Shown one piece after another: positions 8,429 to 16,591 of a stretch of DNA of 32,000 nt. The notes beneath the pieces were generated by a model. That model was not told where the DNA came from, made no database searches, and saw nothing but the letters and a program-made list of their open reading frames with translations. The stretch spans positions 1 to 32,000 of the forward strand of contig LCKC01000003.1 in the NCBI GenBank assembly GCA_001001185.1. Direction: 5' to 3'. Made by a program: the position numbers and the translations under genes. This stretch comes from Parcubacteria group bacterium GW2011_GWB1_45_10 (lineage in GTDB: Bacteria > Patescibacteriota > Minisyncoccia > UBA6257 > Brennerbacteraceae). Position 1 is the stretch's first letter. Each line of letters starts with the position of its first letter.

Positions 8429-8467
8429 GCCCGCCGAGGCTTTTGACCGAGGCGGGCTTTTCATTTT
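8429..8467. terminator. Hairpin terminator between convergent genes
   Basis: GCCCGCC(8429-8435)...GGCGGGC(8451-8457) plus 2 inner GC pairs, followed by TTTTCATTTT. Confidence 0.55.
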
Positions 8468-8470
8468 AAA

Positions 8471-9070
8471 TTAAAGAAAGACTTTTTTGATTGTTTTTAA
8501 AATTATTTTAATATCTGTCCAAAGCGACATTTCTTTCACATATTTCATCTGGAGCCGCACTTTTTCCGGCCGCACTTTTTCCAAATAGATTTTCTCCGCC
8601 TCCTCGGTGCTCTTGGCTTGCGAGAGCATTTCTTCCTCACGCGAGTTCCAGAGAGAAGCATAGTCGGTAATGCCCGGCCGTACGGTATAGATGATCCTTT
8701 CCTTACCTTTGTACATATTGGCGTATTCAACGACTTCCGGCCGGGGGCCTACTAAGCTCATGTCGCCAAAAAAGACATTGACGAGTTGCGGCAGTTCATC
8801 CAGTTTCCATTTGCGCATGAATCGGCCGGAGGAAGTGAGGCGCGGGTCGCCCTCGCGGGTTGATGGGCCGCCGATTTTTTCGGCGTTCTCTACCATGCTC
8901 CGGAACTTGAAAATTCGGAAAGTTTTCCAGTTCTTGCCCATTCTCACGCCGCGGTAAAAAACTGGCCCCGGCGAATCGTGTTTAATCCAAACCGCGAGCG
9001 CCAAAAAAATGGGGGAGAGGATTATAAGTCCCAGTCCGGAGAAGAAAACATCGAAGATTCTCTTAGTCAT
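8471..9070 (-). CDS. pglC: Small monotopic phosphoglycosyl transferase (bacterial sugar transferase family, PglC/WbaP-C type); initiating enzyme
   Basis: 199 aa with a single N-terminal hydrophobic helix, then PGPVFY, KFRSM, DELPQL and SLVGPRPE motifs. Confidence 0.85.
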   Translation of the reverse strand: MTKRIFDVFFSGLGLIILSPIFLALAVWIKHDSPGPVFYRGVRMGKNWKTFRIFKFRSMVENAEKIGGPSTREGDPRLTSSGRFMRKWKLDELPQLVNVFFGDMSLVGPRPEVVEYANMYKGKERIIYTVRPGITDYASLWNSREEEMLSQAKSTEEAEKIYLEKVRPEKVRLQMKYVKEMSLWTDIKIILKTIKKVFL

Positions 9071-9082
9071 CTATTTGCTGAA

Positions 9083-10297
9083 TCACTTATTCAACCTTCG
9101 AAAACCCTCTCTGATGTCTTCCGGGCGGCCGGCGAAAGAAAATCGCAAGTGTCCCTCGCCCGAGGGGCCGAAAGCCGCTCCGGGAATTGTAATCACCCGC
9201 GCTTCGCGGAGGATTTTCAACGCGAGCTTGAAAGAGTTCATCTTCGGTTTTTTCACCTTAACCATAATGTAATAGGCACCCATTGGTTTTTGGTATTCAA
9301 AATAGTCGGAAAGTTTATCCAACTCGCGGCACATGAGGCGCCGGTTTTCGGAAAGTTTTTTCACGAAGTCGCGGACACTTGTTTGCGGACCGCGGAGAGC
9401 CGCCATCGCCGCTTTTTGTGATATGGCCGGGGCGCAGATTTGGAGAGCATCATGCACTTTAAGCATGTGGTCAATAATGCCCTCGTCGGCATAAGCAAAC
9501 CCGACGCGGTATCCGGTCATCGCGTATTTTTTGGAAAAACTGCCGCAGAGTATCACTCGGTCGCGAACCAAAGAGATGCTCGCCGGCGAGAAATGTTTTG
9601 CGCCGCCGTAGGTCAGGAAATCATATGTCTCGTCGGTGATTATTATTAAGTTCTTTCTTTTCGCGAATTTAGCGAGCTCAATCATCTCTTTTTTTCCGAA
9701 AACCGCGCCGGTCGGGTTGGAAGGATTGCTAAAAAGTATCGCTTTCGTTTTCTTGGTAATTCGCTTCTCGCATTCTTTGACGTTGAGCGCCCAGCCGTTT
9801 TTCTCGTGAAGTGGCACGAAAACCGGCTTGCCGCCCCACTGCAAAATCTGCTCAATATGCGAGGCAAACGCCGGCTCAGGCAGAAGCACTTGGTCACCGG
9901 GGTCAATCACGGTCGCGAGGGCGCAGGCCACCGCTTCCTGACATCCGGAACTCACCATTACTTCTTTTTTCGGTTTTATCCCCTTAATTTTTTTCCTGCG
10001 TTTAAGGTCGCGGGCAATCAACTCTCTTAATTCTGTAATGCCCGGCTCAAGCGTGTATTTGGCCGTATCCGGCTCTTGAAGCGCTTTCTTTATCGCCGTT
10101 TTAATGAGAGGCGGCGTATCAAAATAGGGAATGCCTTGGCCGAAAGAAATAATTTTTGGCCCTCGTTTTCCTTCCTCCAAATCAGCCAAAATAGACATTT
10201 CTTTAATGGGCGATATCACGATTTGCCGGACTCGCCGAGAGATATTTTTTGTTCTGAATTTTTTGCCGGCCGCGGCCAAACTCGAGCGATGCTTCAT
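9083..10297 (-). CDS. Class I/II (aspartate-aminotransferase-fold) PLP-dependent aminotransferase
   Basis: 404 aa with the SFSKKYAMTGYRVGF PLP-lysine motif, NPSNPTG, and N-terminal SPIKEM. The start lies 2 nt after the hicA stop. Confidence 0.8.
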   Translation of the reverse strand: MKHRSSLAAAGKKFRTKNISRRVRQIVISPIKEMSILADLEEGKRGPKIISFGQGIPYFDTPPLIKTAIKKALQEPDTAKYTLEPGITELRELIARDLKRRKKIKGIKPKKEVMVSSGCQEAVACALATVIDPGDQVLLPEPAFASHIEQILQWGGKPVFVPLHEKNGWALNVKECEKRITKKTKAILFSNPSNPTGAVFGKKEMIELAKFAKRKNLIIITDETYDFLTYGGAKHFSPASISLVRDRVILCGSFSKKYAMTGYRVGFAYADEGIIDHMLKVHDALQICAPAISQKAAMAALRGPQTSVRDFVKKLSENRRLMCRELDKLSDYFEYQKPMGAYYIMVKVKKPKMNSFKLALKILREARVITIPGAAFGPSGEGHLRFSFAGRPEDIREGFRRLNK

Positions 10298-10299
10298 TC

Positions 10300-10527
10300 T
10301 TAAAACAGTTCTTTAAGTTTTTCTATACTAACTTCGGCGTCTCTTAGAATACTTTTTAAAATTTTTGGATGAAGGATCTTGCCGGCATGGTGCGGCACCG
10401 TGACGCGTTTGCCGCCGGCATTTTTGTAGATTCTATGACTACCGCTTTGTCGTGTTAAAACAAAACCGGCCTTTTCTAGGACGGCAATAATCTCTTTAGC
10501 GGTAACTCGCGGCAACTCCTTTGACAT
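10300..10527 (-). CDS. hicA: HicA-family type II toxin (mRNA interferase)
   Basis: 75 aa with ...LEKAGFVLTRQSGSHRIYKN...VTVPHHAGKILHPKILKSILRDA, a typical HicA/YcfA pattern. Confidence 0.85.
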   Translation of the reverse strand: MSKELPRVTAKEIIAVLEKAGFVLTRQSGSHRIYKNAGGKRVTVPHHAGKILHPKILKSILRDAEVSIEKLKELF

Positions 10528-10534
10528 ACGAATG

Positions 10535-10759
10535 TTAAGCAGCCACCTCTATAGTAGATAGGCTTAGAGATTTCGCTTCAGGCAATTCTTCTCCGCTTTG
10601 TATTTTGTCTTCCAAATGAAGCTTGACGGCATCCTTGATATTCCCCAATGCCTCTTCATAGGTTTCGCCTTGACTGTAACAGCCCTGTAATTCTGGACAA
10701 AACACAAAATAGCCGTTTTCATCCCGCTCAATGATAATAGAAAGACGATAATTTTTCAT
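10535..10759 (-). CDS. hicB: HicB-family (UPF0150) antitoxin
   Basis: 74 aa with GYFVFCPELQGCYSQGETYEEALGNIKDAVKLHLE, a typical HicB N-terminal domain. It lies immediately upstream of hicA. Confidence 0.85.
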   Translation of the reverse strand: MKNYRLSIIIERDENGYFVFCPELQGCYSQGETYEEALGNIKDAVKLHLEDKIQSGEELPEAKSLSLSTIEVAA

Positions 10760-10767
10760 GTATTATT

Positions 10768-10795
10768 ATTATAATCCATTACTCTTATTTGTCAA
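10768..10795 (-). promoter_or_regulatory. Consensus sigma70 promoter TTGACA-16-TATAAT, 8 nt upstream of the hicB ATG
   Basis: Minus strand reads TTGACA AATAAGAGTAATGGAT TATAAT AATAATAC ATG. It fills the 43-nt gap after the GT2 stop. Confidence 0.55.
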
Positions 10796-10802
10796 TCTTA
10801 TT

Positions 10803-11819
10803 CTAGATTCTAAATACTAATCGGGCTAGCCCGATAATTGAACCAATACCGTAGGCGAAGTGCCGGACGGCAAAGGCAATCACGAGAAATGGCAGAAGCA
10901 GAATATTTTTTTCCTTTAAGGAGATGCTTGCGGAGAAGTAAAGGGAAACGGCAAGATAAAGCGCGAGTACGGCGGCGGTAAGCCAATAGAACGGCGGAAG
11001 CCAGATTGAAATTATAAGCGGCACGATTAAACCCAAAACGAAGAAGAGTGAAACTAAGTGCCTTAATTTGAAGGGCGGAGCACCGTATTTCATCGGCAAT
11101 ATCGCCCAAATGCCGTCCTTGATATTATGTTTGAAGAAACTTCCGAACGTCGTTTTAGGGTAGTAGGTCGTCGAAATGTCCGGCGCGAAAAGGATTTTCC
11201 CGCCGGCCTTGTGGAGCCGGATGCTGAATTCCATATCCTGGCTGCGAGTGAGATTCTCGTTGAAATAGCCGATTTTCCGGAAAACCTCCTTGCGGAAGCA
11301 ACCGCCGAAAGCCGTATCCACCCACCGCGGTTTTCCTGCCTGCGCAGGCAGGCCGCCGCCCACCCGGAAACTTGCCCCGCCCGTACCGAAGAAACTGGAA
11401 AGAGCAAGGGCAATCGCTCTTGCAGAGTAGGTGCCTACCGCCGGTTTAGTAACAAGGGCGCCGCCCACGTTGTCCGCGCCGTAATCTTCAAGATAACGGA
11501 CTGATTTGGAGATATAGTCGGGATTGTAAGTGGAATGAGCGCCGGTAATCATTATGATGTCACCTTTCGCGTTTTTTACGCCGATGTTCATTGAGATGGG
11601 TGTCGTTATCTTCGGGTTTTCCAAAAGTTTTATGAAGGGATATTTTTTGGAATAACCCTCAACAATTTCCCTAGTTTTATCGGTACTTGCGCCGTTCACA
11701 ATAAGGATTTCCAGCCGGTCTTTGGGATAATCATTGGCAACGATCGAATCAAGGCAGCGACCGATGAATTTCTCTTCGTTCCGACAGGGAATGACGACGC
11801 TGACGAAAGGCCTAACCAT
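10803..11819 (-). CDS. Family 2 glycosyltransferase with C-terminal TM helices
   Basis: VSVVIPCRNEE...IVNGASTDKT, GT2 DxD-region architecture and a hydrophobic C-terminus. Confidence 0.85.
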   Translation of the reverse strand: MVRPFVSVVIPCRNEEKFIGRCLDSIVANDYPKDRLEILIVNGASTDKTREIVEGYSKKYPFIKLLENPKITTPISMNIGVKNAKGDIIMITGAHSTYNPDYISKSVRYLEDYGADNVGGALVTKPAVGTYSARAIALALSSFFGTGGASFRVGGGLPAQAGKPRWVDTAFGGCFRKEVFRKIGYFNENLTRSQDMEFSIRLHKAGGKILFAPDISTTYYPKTTFGSFFKHNIKDGIWAILPMKYGAPPFKLRHLVSLFFVLGLIVPLIISIWLPPFYWLTAAVLALYLAVSLYFSASISLKEKNILLLPFLVIAFAVRHFAYGIGSIIGLARLVFRI

Positions 11820-12465
11820 ATTTTTTCAAAATCCAAAAATCAACGTAGACGAGTTTTTGCCTCCTTTCTATCTTAAATCCCGCTTTTCTCATTGCGTTTT
11901 CCACATCCTTTATTTTATGTTTTCCGTCGCCAGTTTCCCATTGGTGATCAGGGTCAATTGCCACTTTTTGTCCGAAGGGGCGGAGAAACCATTTCAAAGT
12001 TGGGATTCTCACAATGTGCGGTTTGTGTTTCCAGGATGTCATGAAGAAGAGATAGTGGGAGCGGTGGGGAATGGTAATGAGAGCGGTGCTGCCGGGTTTG
12101 AGGTACGCATTCAGGTTTTTTAAAGCAATTTCCAAATCTTCAAACGGGATGTGCTCCAAGATGTCGGCCGCAATCACGCAATCGTACTTGCCGCTCGCTT
12201 CGGCAATAAATTTGCGGATATTGCTCTCGTAAGTCGGCGAAAGTTTAGGGTTCACGTCGAGAGTATCATATCTTTCCACGAAATCTTTCATTACGTTCTT
12301 TATCACACCCTCGCCGGGACCGACCTCCAGCACAGAGGTCGGTTTGATTTTAGTGAGCTCCTTCACGATTGCCGCGTACCTCATCCAGTTTATAAGGTCT
12401 AATTTGGCGAGGAATTCCCAGGGCGTGAATTTGAATTGCCGGGTTTTGTCGTATTCGGCAGACAT
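11812..12465 (-). CDS. Class I SAM-dependent methyltransferase
   Basis: Motif I VLEVGPGEG, and DCVIAADILEHIP. Start set at the ATG at 12465 because the longer ORF would overlap the divergent GT2 start. Confidence 0.75.
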   Translation of the reverse strand: MSAEYDKTRQFKFTPWEFLAKLDLINWMRYAAIVKELTKIKPTSVLEVGPGEGVIKNVMKDFVERYDTLDVNPKLSPTYESNIRKFIAEASGKYDCVIAADILEHIPFEDLEIALKNLNAYLKPGSTALITIPHRSHYLFFMTSWKHKPHIVRIPTLKWFLRPFGQKVAIDPDHQWETGDGKHKIKDVENAMRKAGFKIERRQKLVYVDFWILKKYG

Positions 12466-12472
12466 ACTTCTT

Positions 12473-12500
12473 ATCTTACTATATGCTAAGATACTTGTAA
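12473..12500 (-). promoter_or_regulatory. Promoter-like TTACAA-16-TAAGAT, 7 nt upstream of the ATG at 12465
   Basis: Minus strand reads TTACAA GTATCTTAGCATATAG TAAGAT AAGAAGT ATG. Confidence 0.4.
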
Positions 12501-12508
12501 GTTTTTTT

Positions 12509-13285
12509 ATGAATCCTAAAGTTTCGGTCATTATAACAACCTATAACCGGCCGGAGTCGCTGAAGCGGGCGATTAAGAGCGTTCTTAATCAGGACTTTAA
12601 AAACTTTGAATTGATTATTGTTGACGATAGGTCGGATGCGGAAACCGGAGAGGCGGTGGCGAGTTTTAAGGACTCGCGGATAAATTTTATACAAAATCCC
12701 AAAAATCTCGGCGGCACAAAATCTTTGAACATTGGGTTAAAGCACGCGAAGGGAAAATACGTCTGTCCTTTGGACGACGATGATGAGTGGATTGATGCTC
12801 AAAAACTATCCAAGCAATTGGCTTTTTTCAAGGCACACCCTGATTATCTGGCGGTTGGGACAAATGCAGAGGTGAGGTTGTTGAATGGGGCCGGTGAGCT
12901 TATTAAAATCGTGAAAACCAAAAACCCCCTTTTAAATGAGGAAATTCATGACCGGCTCATTTTCACGAACTTAATTGCTCATGTTTCTTCAATATATGGG
13001 CGGGAGAAAGCGCTTATAGTCGGCGGCTATGACGAAAATCTGGAGCGGGGGAAGGACTGGGATTTATTTTTAAAGCTTGGCAAACTTGGTAAATTGGCGA
13101 ATCTACCGGATATCACCGTCCGTTTTGATGAGAAGCGGAAAGTTAATTTAAAATATAAAGATTCAAGAGCAAAACTGCGGATAATCCGGAAACATAGAGA
13201 TTACCCGCATTCCTTACAGGCATTTACTGTTGAGTTCGCGAGAATGTGCGTTTTTAGAATATTAATGTTATTTCCTAGCAGGTAA
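12509..13285 (+). CDS. Family 2 glycosyltransferase
   Basis: From the ATG at 12509: MNPKVSVIITTYNRPESL...IIVDDRSD...LDDDDEW (DxD). The ORF-track N-terminal extension from 12344 is rejected. Confidence 0.85.
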   Translation: MNPKVSVIITTYNRPESLKRAIKSVLNQDFKNFELIIVDDRSDAETGEAVASFKDSRINFIQNPKNLGGTKSLNIGLKHAKGKYVCPLDDDDEWIDAQKLSKQLAFFKAHPDYLAVGTNAEVRLLNGAGELIKIVKTKNPLLNEEIHDRLIFTNLIAHVSSIYGREKALIVGGYDENLERGKDWDLFLKLGKLGKLANLPDITVRFDEKRKVNLKYKDSRAKLRIIRKHRDYPHSLQAFTVEFARMCVFRILMLFPSR

Positions 13286-13297
13286 TAACTATTTATA

Positions 13298-14227
13298 ATG
13301 AGCCCAATGAAAATCATAGTTACCGGCGGGGCAGGATTTATTGGTTCTCACGTTGTTGACGCTTATATTAAAAAAGGTCACCAGGTGGTTACCATTGACA
13401 ATCTTAGCACCGGCTTTCGCCGGAATCTTAACCGACGGGCAAAGTTTTATAAGGCCGATATTAGGAACTTAAAAGCAGTTCTTAAAATTTTTCAAAAAGA
13501 AAAACCAACTGTAGTTAATCACCACGCCGCTATTGCTGAAGTGGTGAAATCGCTCAAAAATCCGTTGCCGACCTACGAAGTAAACATTCTGGGCACCGCA
13601 AACGTTCTTCTTGCTTTTAGTCAATATGGCCGGGGCAAGAACCGCAGGTTTATTTTTTCGTCAACCGGCGGCGCGGTTTACGGCGACCCGGAAAAGATTC
13701 CGGTCACGGAAAATACGCCGCTTAAACCCATCTCACCTTATGGGCTCTCAAAAGTACTCGGGGAAGAAGTTATAAAATTTTACAGCCGCATTTACGATTT
13801 TGACTATGTAATTTTTCGTTATCCCAATGTTTATGGACCGCGGCAGAATCCGAAAGGTGAAGCCGGGGTGGTGGCGATTTTTCACGGTTTAATGAGAGTC
13901 GGTAAAAGACCGGCCATTTTCGGCGACGGCACGAAAACGCGGGACTATTGTCATGTTGAAGACGTCGTGCGGGCAAACGTCATCGGCCTCCGGCGCGGCA
14001 GAAACGAGATTTTGAATATTGGTTGGGGAAAGAAAATAAGCGACCAGATGATTTTCGATGCCTTGGCGAAAGAGTTGGGTTTTAAGAAGCCGCCCATTTA
14101 TGCACCCTTCAAGTCAGGAGAGGTTTATAGAATCGCAATTCGAGCCGAGAAAGCAAAAAGAGTTATTGGTTGGAAACCGAGAATCACATTGAGTGAGGGA
14201 ATTAGAAAATATTCTAATTCTTTTTAG
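13298..14227 (+). CDS. NAD-dependent nucleotide-sugar epimerase/dehydratase (GalE-like SDR)
   Basis: IVTGGAGFIGSH Rossmann motif and an SPYGLSK (YxxxK) catalytic motif; 309 aa. Confidence 0.8.
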   Translation: MSPMKIIVTGGAGFIGSHVVDAYIKKGHQVVTIDNLSTGFRRNLNRRAKFYKADIRNLKAVLKIFQKEKPTVVNHHAAIAEVVKSLKNPLPTYEVNILGTANVLLAFSQYGRGKNRRFIFSSTGGAVYGDPEKIPVTENTPLKPISPYGLSKVLGEEVIKFYSRIYDFDYVIFRYPNVYGPRQNPKGEAGVVAIFHGLMRVGKRPAIFGDGTKTRDYCHVEDVVRANVIGLRRGRNEILNIGWGKKISDQMIFDALAKELGFKKPPIYAPFKSGEVYRIAIRAEKAKRVIGWKPRITLSEGIRKYSNSF

Positions 14228-14936
14228 ATAAGTAATCTACCACTTCTTTATAACGCTCTAGCGTGCCGACATCCTTTAAATAGTCATCACATTCGTAGCC
14301 GTAAAAACTTTCTTCTTTTTCTAAAATTTTAGGCAGCAATTGGTGATCAATTTCATAATAAGTTTGAGCTGGTATATAATCCAGTATTTTCCTATTGAAT
14401 ATATAAACTCCTTTCATCGCTTTATAAATTTTTGGGAGTTCTCTATGAGGTTTTGGGTAGATTCTTAAAAATTTGAGATTCTCGTCCACTTCTACTAAAT
14501 CGGAATCAAAAGGATGGTCACTATTACCTATGAGTTCCATACCGATTATACCCCCTTTTTTATTGATAAAATCTTTCATCTTTGAATAGTTAACAAGACT
14601 AAAAATATCGCCATAGATTACAAAGAAATTTTCCCCGAGTTTGTCTTCAAAATTTTTAACTCCGCCAGCAGTTCCTTGTATTTTTGATTCAAGCACATAT
14701 TTTATTTTTACACCCCACTTCGTGCCGTCGCCAAGATAATTTGTAATTGTGTCCGGCAGATGAAATAGATTGATGAAAAATTCATTAACGCCATGTTTTT
14801 TAAACTGCTCGATATTACGTTCCAGAAGCGGTTTACCGAGAATCGGCACCATTACTTTTGAAAGCGCATCGGTTATAGGTCTAAGGCGTGTTCCTAAGCC
14901 AGCCGATAGTATTACTGCCTGGGTGACTTTTTGCAT
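14214..14936 (-). CDS. hddC: Sugar-1-phosphate nucleotidyltransferase, by context D-glycero-alpha-D-manno-heptose-1-phosphate guanylyltransferase
   Basis: AVILSAGLGTRLRP signature. It is last in the hddA-gmhA-hddC unit and has SD GAGGT 6 nt before the ATG. Confidence 0.65.
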   Translation of the reverse strand: MQKVTQAVILSAGLGTRLRPITDALSKVMVPILGKPLLERNIEQFKKHGVNEFFINLFHLPDTITNYLGDGTKWGVKIKYVLESKIQGTAGGVKNFEDKLGENFFVIYGDIFSLVNYSKMKDFINKKGGIIGMELIGNSDHPFDSDLVEVDENLKFLRIYPKPHRELPKIYKAMKGVYIFNRKILDYIPAQTYYEIDHQLLPKILEKEESFYGYECDDYLKDVGTLERYKEVVDYLSKKN

Positions 14937-14945
14937 TTCTTACCT

Positions 14946-15536
14946 CTACCGGACCAAGTGGTCAAAGTAATCTTGGAAATATTTTGTAATCAAATGAAGA
15001 ATAACGGCGTGAACTCCCTCTACCATCTCATATTTTCCTTTTTCGGTTTTCACTAAAATTTTGATGTCGGCCAGCTCGTTTAGTTTTCCACCATCAAAGC
15101 CGGAAAGTCCGATGACCGGCACGTTGTGAGTTTTGGCCAATTCAACAGCTTTGATAATGTTCGGCGAATTGCCCGAACCGGAGATCGCTATCACGCAATC
15201 GGTCTCTTGAAGATAATTCTGCAGGGGGCCGGCGAAAACCATTTCGTAGCCAACGTCGTTCGCCCAAGCCGAAAGTTCCTCCTCGGTAGTTGGCAGCCTG
15301 ATTGCCTGGAAGCGTTTCGGATGCTTTTCAAGATTGTGACTGAAGACGGTTTTGTTAAAATCGCTCACCCAGTGGGTGGCAAGTGCAAGAGAACCGCCGT
15401 TCCCGAAAATATAGATTCTGCCGTCGCGTTCGTAAATCGCCTGAAGAACGTTGATAGCTTTGGCAATTTCTTCGGCGGGTACGTTTCTTAATACCATCTC
15501 CGTATCCGCAATGAATTTTTTAATATAATCAATCAT
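14946..15536 (-). CDS. gmhA: SIS-domain sedoheptulose-7-phosphate isomerase
   Basis: 196 aa with IFGNGGSLALATHWVSDF and AISGSGNSPN motifs. ATGA overlap with hddA. Confidence 0.8.
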   Translation of the reverse strand: MIDYIKKFIADTEMVLRNVPAEEIAKAINVLQAIYERDGRIYIFGNGGSLALATHWVSDFNKTVFSHNLEKHPKRFQAIRLPTTEEELSAWANDVGYEMVFAGPLQNYLQETDCVIAISGSGNSPNIIKAVELAKTHNVPVIGLSGFDGGKLNELADIKILVKTEKGKYEMVEGVHAVILHLITKYFQDYFDHLVR

Positions 15537-16555
15537 ACCAATCCGGTCTGGTGCTGGTTATTAAGCAGTATATCCGTGCCGGAATTTATAAACCTGACGG
15601 GAATTTCTTTGAAATCGGTTAGTTGATTTTGGTTTGCAATCTTCCTCATTGATTCTCTTATATTGTTTTGTTTTTCTGGTGGAGCAATGAATAGAAAACA
15701 ACCCCCACCCCCGGCTCCAAGAATTTTCCCACCCCAAGCGCCGGCATTTAACCCCCCCTCATACAAGTCATTAATTAAAGAGTTAGAGATATTTGAAGCC
15801 AACATTCTTTTTCTTTGCCAACCCTCATGGAGCATTGCGGCCATACCTCTTAAATCGCCTTTTAATAATTTGTCTTTGAAATCATAAACGGAATCAGCCA
15901 TTTTTTTATAGGTTTCAAAATTTTGTTCAATCTTTGAACGCTGCTCACTTAAAACAATAGAAGCTGGCCTGGTAATGCCGGTGAAAAAGAGAAGAGTATG
16001 TTTTTCTAAGTCAGATTTTTTCTGATAATCAACTAATATCGGTTCAACATCTACCGAATTATTGCTATTGAATTGGAATATATTAAACCCGCCGAACGAA
16101 GCTGCATATTGGTCCTGTTTACCAATAGGTTCTTTAATAAGTTCTATTTCTAAGCGACTTGCCGCTTCAGCAGCAGCGGTTTTGTTTAAATTTTTGCCAT
16201 CATAAGCATAGAGACCTTTTAGCAGAGCCACCGAAAAGCTAGAAGAAGAACCAAGGCCAGTCTTAGCTGGGAGGTCGGCAAAAGAGCCGATTTCCAATCC
16301 GCTCTTAACGAAATTCAAGTCAAGCAGAGCAGCTTTTATTCGGGTATGTTCCAGCTCGCTTGGATGAGAGACAAATTCTGTCTTTTGGTATTTGACCGTA
16401 AATTTATCGATTAAAGGAGTCGGGTTGATGAGAACATAGACAAATTTATTTATAGTCGCCGATAAAACCCGCCCCGGATGGGTTTTGTAAAAATCGGGCA
16501 GGTCTGTTCCGCCACCGACAAAGCTGACTCTAAGCGGGGCTCTAACTAAAATCAT
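15533..16555 (-). CDS. hddA: GHMP kinase, D-glycero-alpha-D-manno-heptose-7-phosphate kinase type
   Basis: 340 aa with RAPLRVSFVGGGTDLPDFY at the N-terminus and a GLGSSSSF ATP-binding motif. Confidence 0.75.
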   Translation of the reverse strand: MILVRAPLRVSFVGGGTDLPDFYKTHPGRVLSATINKFVYVLINPTPLIDKFTVKYQKTEFVSHPSELEHTRIKAALLDLNFVKSGLEIGSFADLPAKTGLGSSSSFSVALLKGLYAYDGKNLNKTAAAEAASRLEIELIKEPIGKQDQYAASFGGFNIFQFNSNNSVDVEPILVDYQKKSDLEKHTLLFFTGITRPASIVLSEQRSKIEQNFETYKKMADSVYDFKDKLLKGDLRGMAAMLHEGWQRKRMLASNISNSLINDLYEGGLNAGAWGGKILGAGGGGCFLFIAPPEKQNNIRESMRKIANQNQLTDFKEIPVRFINSGTDILLNNQHQTGLV

Positions 16556-16563
16556 GAGTTTAT

Positions 16564-16591
16564 GTTATACCAAGAATAAGGAATATGGCAA
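16564..16591 (-). promoter_or_regulatory. Promoter-like TTGCCA-16-TATAAC, 8 nt upstream of the hddA ATG
   Basis: Minus strand reads TTGCCA TATTCCTTATTCTTGG TATAAC ATAAACTC ATG. The -35 overlaps the gmhB start codon. Confidence 0.4.

Noticed and set aside
8040-8474. 144-aa (+) and 136-aa (-, 8054-8464) ORFs overlapping the cupin gene
   Set aside because: Long alternative-frame ORFs are expected in roughly 65% GC DNA. Only the 7856-8410 frame has an SD, a promoter and a recognisable fold pattern.
12320-12342. 8-bp hairpin CCGACCTC-N7-GAGGTCGG that looked like another GACCTCC element
   Set aside because: It lies in the methyltransferase motif I codons (LEVGPGEG on the minus strand). It lacks the doubled-unit structure, so the sequence is explained by coding constraint.
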